Positions 37,221 to 49,790 of a stretch of 64,000 nucleotides of DNA are shown piece after piece. Origin of the DNA: Amphiscolops sp. MND2022 (Eukaryota). Numbering within the stretch: the stretch's first letter is position 1; each line of letters opens with the position of its first letter. The notes under the pieces were generated by a model. The model did not search any database and was not told the origin of the DNA. It saw only the letters and a program-made list of their open reading frames with translations. Both the position numbers and the translations under genes were made by a program. The stretch covers positions 66,342,001 through 66,406,000 of the forward strand of contig OZ076409.1 of NCBI GenBank assembly GCA_964187785.1, given 5' to 3'.

Positions 37221-38034
37221 CAAATAAGCATCACTTAGAAGTTGAAAGTTCACTTAAATATAATCAACGTATATAAAGACCAAAACTGAAGCAATGATGT
37301 AAATTTAAACAATTACAGCTCTCAACGAGGACAGGGCAGCAGAATTCATTCAGCTCCTAAGGCTTTTGGGCAAGCCTGCCTGAAAAGATCTGGCAGAAAA
37401 TTTTCAGACGAGTAATAATTTTGTCGAGTAATTATTTCCTCCGAAACCATTAAAGAGGTCAGTTTTGAAAAACTCAGAACAAAATGAAATGAAGTGTTAT
37501 ATGAAATCCGAGATTTTGGCAGCCAGCCAAATTATGAAGAACGATGGACTGTTTCTAGACTAGTACTAAGATGATTCGCTTCCAACCCTTCTTTAACAAT
37601 GGCAGTATAGTCTAGATTTTCTTCTCTATTGTTAACAGTTGCAAAAAGATGTTTGAATTCCTCTGCTCTCGACGATTGGAAGGGCTTATCTTGATTCGTT
37701 TTGGGATTTATGGCTTCTGATTTTGATATTTAGAATACTAAATACACTATAACTCCTGGGCTGCTTATTTTAATGCCAGAATATTCTTGGACTTGTTTCT
37801 CGAGATTTTCTGTTCTGGTTGCGTAAAGAGATCCCTTCAGGTTTTATATAGAAAATTTTGTCAAATTTGCATTTTTGATGTTTTCATATAGAAAAAAAGT
37901 GAATTCCCATTAGTATTTTAGGGAGTCCTATATTTTTGAAACCTTCGCTAAAACCAATTTGAACATATTACAAAAACTTCTTGAAGCTCAAGCGGGCGAC
38001 GACTTGAGACCTTCGCGGATGTTTCCTTTTGTTA

Positions 38035-38246
38035 TTTTCCGCCTCCACTATGTATTGCGTAGGGAGATGAAAATCGCCATCTGTGTGGCTGTTTTTTCCA
38101 AATTCTGCCAAAACTCCACTTTATCTCTCCATTTAGTATGTGGGTAGTTTAGTCACTGTAGTCCAGAGTGTTGTGGGTTCGAACCCCGGGATCGACCTTG
38201 AAAATTTTATGGCGGAAAACATCCGGTGCTTAGCCGGTGTCTTGTT
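38035..38246 (+). mobile_element. HINE-like family B copy with tRNA B-box
   Basis: ttttccgcc / ggcggaaaa inverted repeat, hairpin ccgg-tgcttag-ccgg, cttgtt end, internal gggttcgaacccc. Confidence 0.7.
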
Positions 38247-41075
38247 TTCTTTAACGTCTCTTCTCTTTTGTTCTATTTGTTCAACTGCACTATTCGTTCC
38301 ATGTTGTGTTGCAAACCTTAAATCTGTTTAGGACTGGTTGCGTCTGATCTGACTCATCAACGGCTTGTTTCGGCATTTTAATGCCGTGGGTCATTTCGCC
38401 AAGGCTCTAGTTGAAACGTCTGGATTACCTGATTTGCTGAAACTTTGATTTTTATCTTGCTTCTACAGTCCTATTGTTACTGCCTAGCGTAATAGTTGCA
38501 TTTCCAAAAAGTCTCGTTGCCTTTTTGCTCAAAAATATTTACAGCTTCATTCATGTTTATGCCGGAACGCAACAGTCTGGACAAAAATCTAGCAAGAAAA
38601 GAACATATGGACTGGATTACAAGCAAGCAGATAGTAAGTTCTATGAAGATTCATAAAGACGAAAATATATGAACGGAACTTTGGACAATCAAGGAGAAGC
38701 GATAGGTCCTTTTTAGTTGCGTCTAGTCAGTCTGGTGTGAACGTTACTGTATGCGCAGCCATTAGCTCCACCCATTGGCTGGATGTACTACATTGTCCCA
38801 TGTGAAATGAAGAAAGACCTTTTCTGTCGGTTCCTGATGGAATTGATTGCAACATTTTTGACGAATATAGGTTGAATCCAGATGTTTATATGCAATTTGA
38901 CAACGCACCAAGCTACCGTAACCTCGACGACGTTTTATTAGCGCAAACTCTTCCCATGAAAAAAACTTTTAAGTACTCTCCTATGCTTAATGTGAACGAG
39001 TGTACTGTTTCCGCCACGAAAGCCTAACTTAAGCATTTGCTTGCCAAGCAGCAGGAAATGTTGATCAACCCACAAACGCACGGAAGACGCGATCAAACTT
39101 CAGTTCAATTTCGATTCAATAGGCTGGAGGAATTTTATGGTTTGGACAGTGGATTGGTAACAGCGGAAAAGTAGGCGACCTGAAAAAACGATAGAATAAC
39201 GTAATATACTCGGTGTCCAACCATGGGCGATAGTAGGTCATTCAGGATGTTCATTGCTTGTATAATCACCCATTGTAACCCTAACTCGATAAGATTTTTT
39301 GTTCATTTTGAGCTTCCGCTAGCAACGATTTTTTACCGTGCAATTTGAATTCCCGATAGCTCTATAGGAATGTTCAGAATATTCAAAACGATTCACAAAA
39401 AATGTGTTTTCTATATGGTAGTTGTACCGAATTTCTAGATACTGAGCATATATTTTTTACTTTGTCGTAGTAGTTCTGAACAATTGCGGCAACATAGCTT
39501 TTACTGCATTGGTTCTAGTTTCCCTGAGTTCCCACTTTTTGTGATAGTATATTTAAATAGCCCCTGTTTTCGAACCAGAACGTCTCTACACACAAATATT
39601 CCAATTAGGATCTTATGAAAAAGACCGCAACTTACTTCTCAAGCAAATGAACAATGGGTTTCCAGAGTCTCAGTCAGTTTTTTTGCAGTTTATCAAAATC
39701 CAGCTCAAAGAGTATTGAATCACGAGTTGATGAGATTATCTTTAAGTGTGCTGTGCTTTCTCATGCACTACTAACCAATAACTATAAAGTTGAGGAGAAA
39801 ACGGCAATGCAAGTATCAGGCAATAAACAACTGAAATGTGTTGAAGTTTTTTACATTATGTAGCTACGAGCTGCTGGGTTTTGGTATTTAGCATATGTTT
39901 TTCTTTTTTCCTCGGAAAATGTTTTTCAGAGTGAAATCCCTTTAATAGAAATAAACTGTACCAATGACAAATCACTACGCCAATGTATGATCTTCTGCTG
40001 AAGTTTGAGATTTTTCGTCTCAAAATCAATAATCTTGCCTTTCTCAACAAATCCAGTTCTTCAAACTATCGGTTGGACGGGAAAAGGGGACGGGTTCAAT
40101 AAAGTGTGAAATTAGAAAGAGACGGTTTTTTGCAAGAGAAACTATACAAGCTCATCGTCAATTCCATTAATAAAATAATCAAAAACTTTGCAAGTGAACT
40201 TTTTTATTGTTCTGAAAAAGAAACAGAAAGCGTGTTTTAGCACAGGAATTTTTTGTAAAGTTCTGTCAATAGTTTTGCGAAAGTTTTTCGCGCTATTAGG
40301 TAGTCATAAAAAATCCGAATTATAGCTATTGATTAGCCTTCGTTAGCTATTGAGAAGCTTCGTTCGACATCACCTCAAGAGGGCTGCACAAGTTGTAATT
40401 AGAATTAGAGTTGGAGTCAGCTGTCATATAACTTGCGGCATCTGTCAATAGTAGCAAGGATTATGCGACTTTCATTCGTTGAATATTTTTGTCCAATTTT
40501 TTAATAGAGTTAGCCTAAGGCATGAAGTGCAGAGAGCGGCGCCACAGGTTTCTGTTTTTCAACTAAAACAAAATCCTGAAAGACATAAAAGGGAGCCCGT
40601 GGGTTTTTTGTCACTGTGCGACTATTTTCCAACATTTTTCTTCAATCTTTTGGATTTTTTTCTGCAAACTTCAGTATTTGTATTTTACAAGCGAAAAGAG
40701 CCCTTTTGGCCCAAGGGGTTTTCGGGCAATGTGTGACTTTTTCCCAATTCCTACAATAATAACGAAACTTTTTTTACCAATTTGTTTTTTGGATGTTTTA
40801 TGCTAGTGAAAAGTCCAATGTTCGAGTTGACTCACGAGCCAAACTGCAATCAAAATCGAATCTGTTTCTTCGTTCCAGTTTGAACTATACTAAAAACAGG
40901 TTTCAGTTCCAACCCATATAATAAAGAAATGCTCTTTCTCCGAAGATTCATCATTATTCCCCTAATTGGATTCTCTTGATATTTTCCGACATTATTTTAT
41001 GTTTTCAAGTTTTTTTTACGAAGTTTGCCATTAAATTTATATCGCCCAGTTTTTAGGGCGTTGGAGGGTTCAGTT

Positions 41076-43200
41076 AAAGCTAAAGGGTTTCACCCATAGA
41101 ATTCAACTGACATTGAAATAGTTTCATGCGATATGTACTTCAGAGAACTTTAACAGTTTTGGTTGATCTCACACCAAAAACGTTAAAAACTTAAAAATTC
41201 CCACTTTTTGGGTTTTATGCAATTTTTGTATCATTTTTGATACACTAGATGGCTTAGAATATAAAAAACATTCAACAAGAAACAAATTTGATATCTACGA
41301 GGTTTTGTGAAGAATTGAATGCAGTCTTCCAGAAGAAAAACGCTCAAATTGTTACCGGAATGAACAAAAATTCCAAAAAATCTCGATAAACTTCATGGAT
41401 TAAAACTTGAGAACGTTCAATGATTCGTTGTCCAGTAGACTTTGTGAAGAGCTAAATGCATTTGTTTGATTGAGAAAATGTATCCATCGAATAAACACAA
41501 AAATAGCCAAAGCTCGAAACTTTTTCCAGTTTCTGTCGTTTTTAACACAATTTCTGTTCAATTTCTGATTTTCATGTGTTAGAGGGTTCAAAACGTCCAA
41601 GGAAGAACAAACTAGCTATGCAGTACACGTTCTTGAAGAGAAATCTGTAGTGTTTTGCTTTGAATGACCCCAAACGACACGAATAAATAGGGAATTTCGT
41701 TTTTTCATCGTTTTTTGAGAATATTTTGTGAACGTTTTCAAATTTTTTGTAATCAAAACATTTAAGACGTTGAAAAGTGAATAAAATTGTTCTCACGTAA
41801 GCTTTTAGAAGATATATCAGAACGCTTACGTCCGAAAATTCTTCACATTGGGCCCGAAAAAGTCGAAAAAATCAAAGTTGACACTTTATTAGATTTTTGT
41901 GCAAACTTGGAAAAAATTCTGTACACTTGATGACTATTTGAGCTCTGAACAAAATATCTAACCAAGCAGTACGCCTTTGGTAGGAAACTTGGCCATTTTT
42001 CCATGAAAACTTTACCACCGGTTGACCAAAACAGTCGACCAAATTTTGACAATATTATTTTGCGAATTTTATAAAAATGTTGAGAGGTGACGTGTGTTAT
42101 TAGAATAATAAAAACATTCAAAAACGAAAAAAAACGCAATTACAAGTCGGCATTTTTTATTCAAGTATTTCCAAAATGACCCAAACTGGTCAAAAATTTT
42201 AAAAGTTTTCAGTTTTTGAGAATGTTTGTGGATTTTATTCGAAATTCGAATATGTTGGTGAGTTTAATAAAAAGCTACGGAAAGATCCAGAAGCAACTAT
42301 GTCTGCAGCATAAGTTTAGGAGAAAATTTTGCAGTTTTATGGAACAAATACCACGGAATGACCCAAAATGTTCAAAAATTTCCAACGATTCACGTTTTCA
42401 CGCTGCGTTTTTTAACATTTTCGTTTTGTACCACTTTTGTAACATGCAAAAATATAATAACTCAACAACAACACAGCCCGGTATACAGTAGTCGATTCTG
42501 AAGTAAAATATTTAAGATCGTTAGAACCGGTCTCAAAAACACCCCAAAACCAAAAAAGTTTTTGTTTCTCTCACGAAATGTTTCAAGGAACAGAACTTTT
42601 ATTAACCTGAACATTGAAACAAAACGTTAAAGTTCTTGTAATTTGAAGTCAAAGTAGTCAGAAGTTTCGCATTCTTTGAAAGCATTCATTCATTTTCCGA
42701 ACGCTTGCCATAGCTTGAAATTACATAGGATCAGTACGGGCTTCATGAAAAATTGCACTGCTGCAGAAATGAAATTACAAAGTTTTAAAAACTTTCGTAG
42801 AAAACGTAAAGTTCTTTTTCTTTTTTTATTCAGTAAGCTCCAAACGAAATAACTACATATGCTAAACGACTTCCAAAGGAAAATTTTGCAATCTTCTATG
42901 TTGAAAAAACGCAGAAATACCCCTACAAATCGAAAATAACCAATAGGCATTTTGAAAAAGTTATGTTCAGTTTCTGGTTTGCAGAGCGCGTCAAAATGGC
43001 CCAAAAGAATGGAAGACATCAAAATTTACAAGTTTTGAAAATTTTGGTGACATTTTGTGACTACAAACATGAAACTTTGTTGGGTTAGGTACTGGTTTTC
43101 ATTTGGTTCAACAACAGGACAATTCGGTTCTTGAATCAAGTGTTTCCTTTTACAATTGGAAAAGATGAATCAAAAAGTGTCAAAACTTTCATCCCTTCGA
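41076..43200. repeat. Degenerate AT-rich array, inverted relative to 766-2520
   Basis: Starts agctaaagggtttcacccatagaattcaactga; recurrent aaatgacccaaa-like motifs. Right boundary approximate. Confidence 0.45.
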
Positions 43201-44354
43201 ATTTCTATGTAGTTTCGTAGTGCATCAGATAAGTCTGAGCCTCAAAATCATGTCGTAGTAAAACGTTGTTTTCCCTTCGTTGTTCCTCATTGGATAAAGC
43301 AAAGACGACGGTAGGGAAAAGATTTTTTTTCAAATTTTCAATTTGGAACTCAGTGTAAATAAATTTATTGACCTATTGTTCAATCAGAAGAGAATTTTCC
43401 GTTTTATATGTTCCGTTATCGTCTTGTCAAACACTTGAGGCTGGAGGAGTTTCTACTTTTTTCAAAGGCATATTAGCAGAATATACGAAACATCTCAGTG
43501 TCACTGTGCCCTTTTTTCATACAATATTCAATTGAAAGATCTCTCCATTTTCGAAGCGGCTGATTGTTATTTTACAAAAGCCTTTCCGTTTTTTTCTGCA
43601 GAAACATTGCCTATGCATCGGTTCTCAATTGAGTTTTCAGTATTCGAAGTCAATTCGTCCGAGACATCTCACAAAAAAACGTCACATAAAGGGCATTCTT
43701 GTCGACAGGGAATAAAAATAAAATCTAGGACGGCAGGCGCGAATTGTAATTGTATTTCCCTTGTAAACTTGCACGCAAACAAACCCTTTGATGAATCAAG
43801 TGTCTCATGTAAGTCATTTTTTTGTATAAGGTGCCGTAATCGAACGTCTGAATCATCAAAGAAGACGATGAGTTAATATTCTTTCATTTTTTTAAACGCG
43901 GACCTTTCTGTCTAAAATATGAGAGAAATATCCAAAGCACAAATGCTCAAATGCTCTATTTTTTAGACATTACAGTCGTCGAAGAAATTCTATCAAATAA
44001 GAATTTTAAACGCTGATTACCTTTACTCGGAATGCCATTATGCTACCTCCTTGCCGAAGATGGCTACATGTAAAAACTTAACGACTCAATTTTTTCAACC
44101 AAATTATAAAACGTGAATAGCCACGTTCACAATATGGTATTGCCGTAAATAATTAACTAGCCAGTACAACTTGACTTAGAAGACTTCGAGATGAAATTCT
44201 CAAAAGTGCTCAAAGAGGAAAAAAATTATTGAGGGAACATAGAAGAAAAAATCATGACCACGAGTTTGAAACTAACAAAGTGCAAAACTAGTCAAGACTT
44301 TTTTCAACTTATCACACCTAGTATGTCCATAATTTTTTCTCCGCATTGTTTCAG

Positions 44355-44598
44355 TATAAGACAACTTCTCCGATCAGAAGGGACGGGTACCACCCTCAGT
44401 TTGATCAAAGCTACCCCAACCCTTCCATTAAACACTCCCATTCCTTGGCTCCTCCCCACCCTAATCACAGTACTAGCATGTTCGATCGCCCTCTGGCGGA
44501 CACTAGGGGTCATTCTCGAAAGCTGCCAAACCCCGATTACGTCAACCCCGGGCTAACCAGACACTCACACTTACATATTCCAGGAATTTCCAGGAGTG
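44355..44598 (+). CDS. Internal exon of the PDZ-domain gene
   Basis: Acceptor tgtttcag, open frame YKTTSPIRRDG...ISRS, donor gttagt; phase-0 entry matches exon 35988-36680. Confidence 0.7.
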
Positions 44599-44816
44599 GT
44601 TAGTTAATGCTTTCCTACTTTCATGAAGTTTCTATGATTGACTTTAATTATTCTTTTGGGAAAACTTTCACCGACGAAAAAAGGTACCAAATTTTAATAT
44701 GGGATATAAGATTTGAGTTAATATAGGATTTCATTGTAAAGTCACAGGCAATTCGCATCAATCAATCTCAGAAGATTCACTTCGAAACTTGTATCTTTGA
44801 TATGAAATGAAAGGTA

Positions 44817-45266
44817 TTTTTAGTCGACGACGTGGGATTTATCATTTAATTTTTTTTCAATGCGGTCGAAGTGAGGTTCTACAAGCATTATTCTATAAAT
44901 TGTAAGCGCAGGGGTTAGATCGTTTAATTGCAAACAGGAGGTCCGGTGTTTGATTCTAGACACATATTATCTTTTAGAAAATTTTCTTGGTATTTTTATT
45001 CAAATGGCAAAGCTTCATGACAACGAAGGGGATTGTGGCTTTTTCTTGGCACTTTGCAACTTTTTTGAATTTTTTTTTCATTACACAACAGGGGTCCCTC
45101 TTTGTTTTTTGACGTTTTCAGATAGAAAAAGCCGAAGTGTCCTTCCTTTATATTTTTTGGCACTGTGAGGATTTTTAGACATTTTCCCCCAAAAAAAATA
45201 GCCCCTAAGTACTTTTCTTTTTATCGGCCACGTGCGGGGTGCCGACTTATACCGTTTTCAACTTGC
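44817..45266 (+). mobile_element. Diverged HINE-like family A copy
   Basis: ttttagtcgacg start, ggggtccc motif, gtgccgactt...cttg end. Confidence 0.5.
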
Positions 45267-45450
45267 CAAAACACTTTAATAGGGTTCAACAACTATTGAG
45301 CACTTAAAATAATCAGAAAACTAATCATTTTTTGCAGAAGACGGAGCAACTCATTCAAGAGTGACACCCCCTTTTGGCCAGAGGAATGGGAGAACCATAA
45401 CCCCCATGTCTGCACCTGTGTAAGTTAACGCTGCACTTTGAAATTTTTAG

Positions 45451-45980
45451 TTTCCGCCCATTTTTGATATATTTGATATATCACAAAAATGAAATATGGT
45501 GTTTTACGCTGCAGTGTAAAATTATTCTCGCAGCATTTTACAACTAATTTTATCATGCTCTAATTTATATTTAAAATATTTTCGTTCCCCATAATTAAAC
45601 GTCGAAAAAGTTTATAGTTTCGTTCCTTATATTTTTGTACAGTCATCTGAAACTTGTTTCAAAAACTAAAATTCTAAAAAAAATGTACGTCAATTTTCGA
45701 ACCTTGTTTGAACTTTTTGAACATTTTTCAAAATGTATGTTGCTAAAATTGTTCCGAGAGGAAAATATCCCATTGCTTAGCGGGCCCCTTGTTGGGATAT
45801 TTTTCAGCTTACTTCATCCTGAACTCCCCTGTTGAGGAAAAATTTTTACTCTAATAACATATTTGCAGGAAAATCATTTTATTGAACCAAAGGTTCACCT
45901 GTTGGGGATGATGAATTCGGAAAATGATAAAAGTTAAACTTAAACAACAGGACGCCCACTGAGCAGCGGGATATATTCTG
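45451..45980. mobile_element. Family B copy (45451-45793) and a facing inverted family B 3' end (from about 45946)
   Basis: tttccgcc...ggaaaatatcccattgcttagcggg...cttgtt, then aacaggacgcccactgagcagcgggatat. Confidence 0.5.
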
Positions 45981-48016
45981 CCTGAAATAAAATAGCTACC
46001 ACATGTTTTCAAGGCTCGAACGTGAGAACTTCTACACTTTTGTTGCTGTGAAAAACACTGAAAGAACTAATGTACACAAATGAAGTATATTCAGAAGCGA
46101 AACATTCTGTTATTGAACTCCATGAATATCCATACGACAGAAACATTTGGAGAGAAACGCATGAAACGTTCAAAAATCCCCATTTTTGGCACTTGACTGG
46201 GCATTTGGTGTAATGCCTAAATCTTCGAGAATATACAAAAATTGGTTAACACGGTTGAAATTGGAGAAAAGTTGACTTTTGTGGGTTTTTGAGGTCTTTT
46301 ACGAAAATAGCATCAACTTTTTCTTCTGAAAGCGTACTGGGTAGTTGTTTTGTTCCTCGTTCAATTTGCTGCATTTTGCCAACTAGAAAATGCGCAAAAA
46401 TTGTATAAAATTTGCCCCTAAAATGTGAAATCTGGCCATTTTCAATTTTTGTCGCTTTTTTTGTCATTTTCTCGCTTTCCTAAACTACGTTTCTGACGTA
46501 CATATATATTCATTTCAGTTCTAAACACTGTGTGTAATACAGCCCACTATATTATACAGAACGTGGATAAAACATGCATCAAGTTGTCAAAAAAATAAAG
46601 GATTTTTTTAAAAATAAACTGCTATTTATCCTTGTTCTATTTTGCTGAACTAGGTTCTAAAAGAAAAGAATACTGTTAAAATGATGTCCCTAGTTTTATC
46701 AATTGTATTGCACTATAATCAAATCTATAAATGCATCAATCTAATTTATGGTATTTTGAGTTTGTTTGTCAACAACTCCTGGTAAGTAAGTAGACAGTTT
46801 GTCAAGCGAAACTCGGTAGAGGTCAAGGAACCGGAATGAACCGAAGATAACCCTATTAAAAGATCTCATTATTCAAAGAATGTTTTGATTTCGACGGTGA
46901 AGATTTTCATACCCATGGAATCAATGGGAACTTGTAAATAAATTGTTTGAAACTGCCAACTTTTGAAATCAAACAAGAATTTTCTCTTCCAAAAAACATT
47001 GAAATAATTTGTGTCAAATAAAGCTCTCTTGATATTGTAACTCATAAAAACGTTAAAATACTGAACAAAAATTGCGTTTCAATGATCAAAACTTGTAATT
47101 TGTTTTTTGGGTCCTTTGGGGGCATTTGGCATTCAACAAATTCAAATTGGCTTCCACAAACTTCCTGAATAGCTTGTTTTTACATAATGACAGTTGCTGG
47201 TTTTTTAATCCAAGACGAAGTTTGAAAACTGTACAAAAATGGCTTTAAAATGTTGATAAAAATACAGCTTTTTGAAAATTTCGCTGTTTTGGTGTCATCT
47301 TGAGACACGTTTCCAAACAAACCTTTCGGATTTTCGTTCACAAAAAGATCCTAGATAGCTGTTTGTTTCATTTTAGAACTTTTTGCATACATACCTTAAT
47401 GAAATAGTAATATTAGATAGTAAATAATAGGGAATAATAAAAAATATAGAAAGAAGATTGCAAGAAAAAGGTCAAAAATCGGAAGTTTTTTGGTTTTCAA
47501 ATGTTTTATGGGCTTGTTCAACTAAACTTTTCGGATTTCTTAAAAAAGCATAGTGAATAACTGGTGCTCGAAACTTTTTGGTATTCTAACACACGAAAAA
47601 TTTTGCAAACTGTATTGCATGAAAAGCTCAAAAATCGGAAATCTTTCGACCTAACTTGTTGATTTTGTGGTCATTTTGGGGTCATAAAAAATCTCTACAG
47701 ATATATATTGCACGAAACTAAGTTTATGTCAGTTGAATTATATTGTTGAACCCCTTCAATTTGGGTATGAAATTGGAACATGACAAACTTTGGAAAAAAA
47801 GATGCAGCTCAGTTAGTAATTTTTCTTTCCCATATGAAAATATGAGGACAGAAAAGAATAACTTCCTGCATTGAAGCTTGTGTCCTTTATCATCTGGTTC
47901 ATTAGCACGACTTGAACTGTTAGTCTTTTCTGACTCGTTAGATCTGGTTCCAGTTTGGGTCAACTGAGCCAGATAATCAAACCTTAACTGAGTTTACTGA
48001 GGTTTGCTTTTTTCAG

Positions 48017-48143
48017 ACCAAGTTCGACGTGGCGTCCGACTTTGCTACCCAGTCGCTTCCACCCCAAACCAGTGGGACAATCTAACCAATCAAAATACCA
48101 GAGTGTGTCCAGTGACAATTCCTACAACCCAGGGCGAGCTAGT
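48017..48143 (+). CDS. Probable internal exon of the PDZ-domain gene
   Basis: Strong acceptor gcttttttcag; PSSTWRPTLLPSRFHPKPVGQ... reads with phase-2 entry; donor uncertain (GC at 48134 or GT at 48144). Confidence 0.5.
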
Positions 48144-48330
48144 GTAAACAAAATATACTTCAACAAGTTTGTCTTTCCGCTTTTTTTAATGAAGAAAATG
48201 TTGTTACAATTATTAGTTTCAAACCAAAACATTTTTCTATATAGGTACATGAAGTTGATTTGGAAAAGTTTTGATAAGCGATTTGCAAATATAGACAGCC
48301 ACCTTAGGGATTCTTGGCAGCACTGTGTCA

Positions 48331-49171
48331 CACTCTATGGACAAAATGTTTTCAATTTTCGGTTCACATGATTTAATTTCCATGTTCACATGTTCAAATA
48401 AGCTTAGTTTCATATGTTAAAACATGGTAAAGAAACATGGTCGTTAGAAACACGTTATCGAATCGTTGCTCTTCGGGAAAGAAAAGTTACATTTTCGGAT
48501 ATTGCCAAACTACTTGGATTGAAAAGCGATGCGACAGCTTATCAGACGTACCAGCATTATTTGCGTGAAGGATCAGTTATGCCGAACAAGCCAACTGGGC
48601 GTCCAAGGAAATTGAACGAAAGAGCAGAAAGATCGCCTTTCAGTTCAATTTTGGGGAGAAATTAGTTACAATGGTCTCTTGCCCCTGATAAAACTTCAGA
48701 TCGCTGTAACGACCGGGAGTAAATATCAATTTTAGAGACACCGGGCAATCAAAATTTGCCTTCTTACAACTTGCGTTTCATAATTGACAATTGCCCAATC
48801 ATTTGGCCAACAATTGGTAGAGAATGGAAGACAGTAAATAGAGATGGTCATGTCTACTGGCCTGCCCACAGCCCGGACCTCAACCCAATAGAAAATGATT
48901 GATCTTACTAAAAAAAAACAGCTGCAAAGAATGCAAAAACTTTTCGAGAAATTAGAGGAAACTATCTGCATTATTTGGACAAATATACCCGTGGAATATA
49001 TCCAAAAATTGTATCGGTCCATACCCAAAAGAATGCGCGAGTGCAGCCAAAAGAAGGGGTTCCCAACTCAATATTAAAAACTGATGAATACTGTTGTGTT
49101 ATACTATTTAGTTTTATGGTGTATTTTGTAAAAAAAAGTCCTATGGTTAAAAACATTTTGTCCACATAGTG
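48331..49171 (+). mobile_element. Internally deleted Tc1-family element
   Basis: 22-bp TIRs cactctatggacaaaatgtttt (2 mismatches), TA on the right flank, N-terminal HTH with TGRPRKL (48414 on) and C-terminal WPAHSPDLNPIE...YIQKLYRSIPKR. Confidence 0.88.
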
Positions 49172-49338
49172 TACAAACAAAACAATCTTTCTGGAGAAAG
49201 TTTTTTTCAGGTTTTATGGTGTTTTTTTGAAAAATGTTTATCGAGTTTCAGGGTGACTTCTTTGAAAGGTTGTAAATGTTTTATGGTAGTGTTTTCCCAT
49301 CAGTTTTTCTCAGTCTTCCGCAAGCATTTTACGACGCT

Positions 49339-49790
49339 TTCATTCATTTGAATGATAATAGCTTGTTTCCCAAGAGAGCCAAATAACAATTGTTTTCAAA
49401 ATTGATGCTAACCGCAAATTCACGTTCAATTTGATGCTGATGAAAAAAACTGTTTCTTTGTGTTGTAATTTGAAATAACAAGAATTTATTTCATTCATTT
49501 GAATGATAATAGCTTGTTTCTCAAGAGAGCCAAATAACAATTGTTTTCAAAATTGATGCTAACCGCAAATTCACGTTCAATTTGATGCTGATGAAAAAAA
49601 CTGTTTCTTTGTGTTGTAATTTGAAATAACAAGAATTTATTTCATTCATTTGAATGATAATAGCTTGTTTCTCAAGAGAGCCAAATAACAATTGTTTTCA
49701 AAATTGATGCTAACCGCAAATTCACGTTCAATTTGATGCTGATGAAAAAAACTGTTTCTTTGTAATGTAATTTGAAATAACAAGAATTTA
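49339..49790. repeat. 151-bp tandem repeat, 3 copies
   Basis: ttcattcatttgaatgataatagc starts at 49339, 49490 and 49641; copies nearly identical. Confidence 0.95.

Noticed and set aside
37319..37412. Candidate extra exon (ttacag acceptor, SQRGQGSRIHSAPK)
   Set aside because: Stop in the phase-0 frame required by the upstream exon; the open frame needs phase 2
38300..39400. GC-richer stretch with coding-like texture
   Set aside because: No sustained frame or recognisable motif
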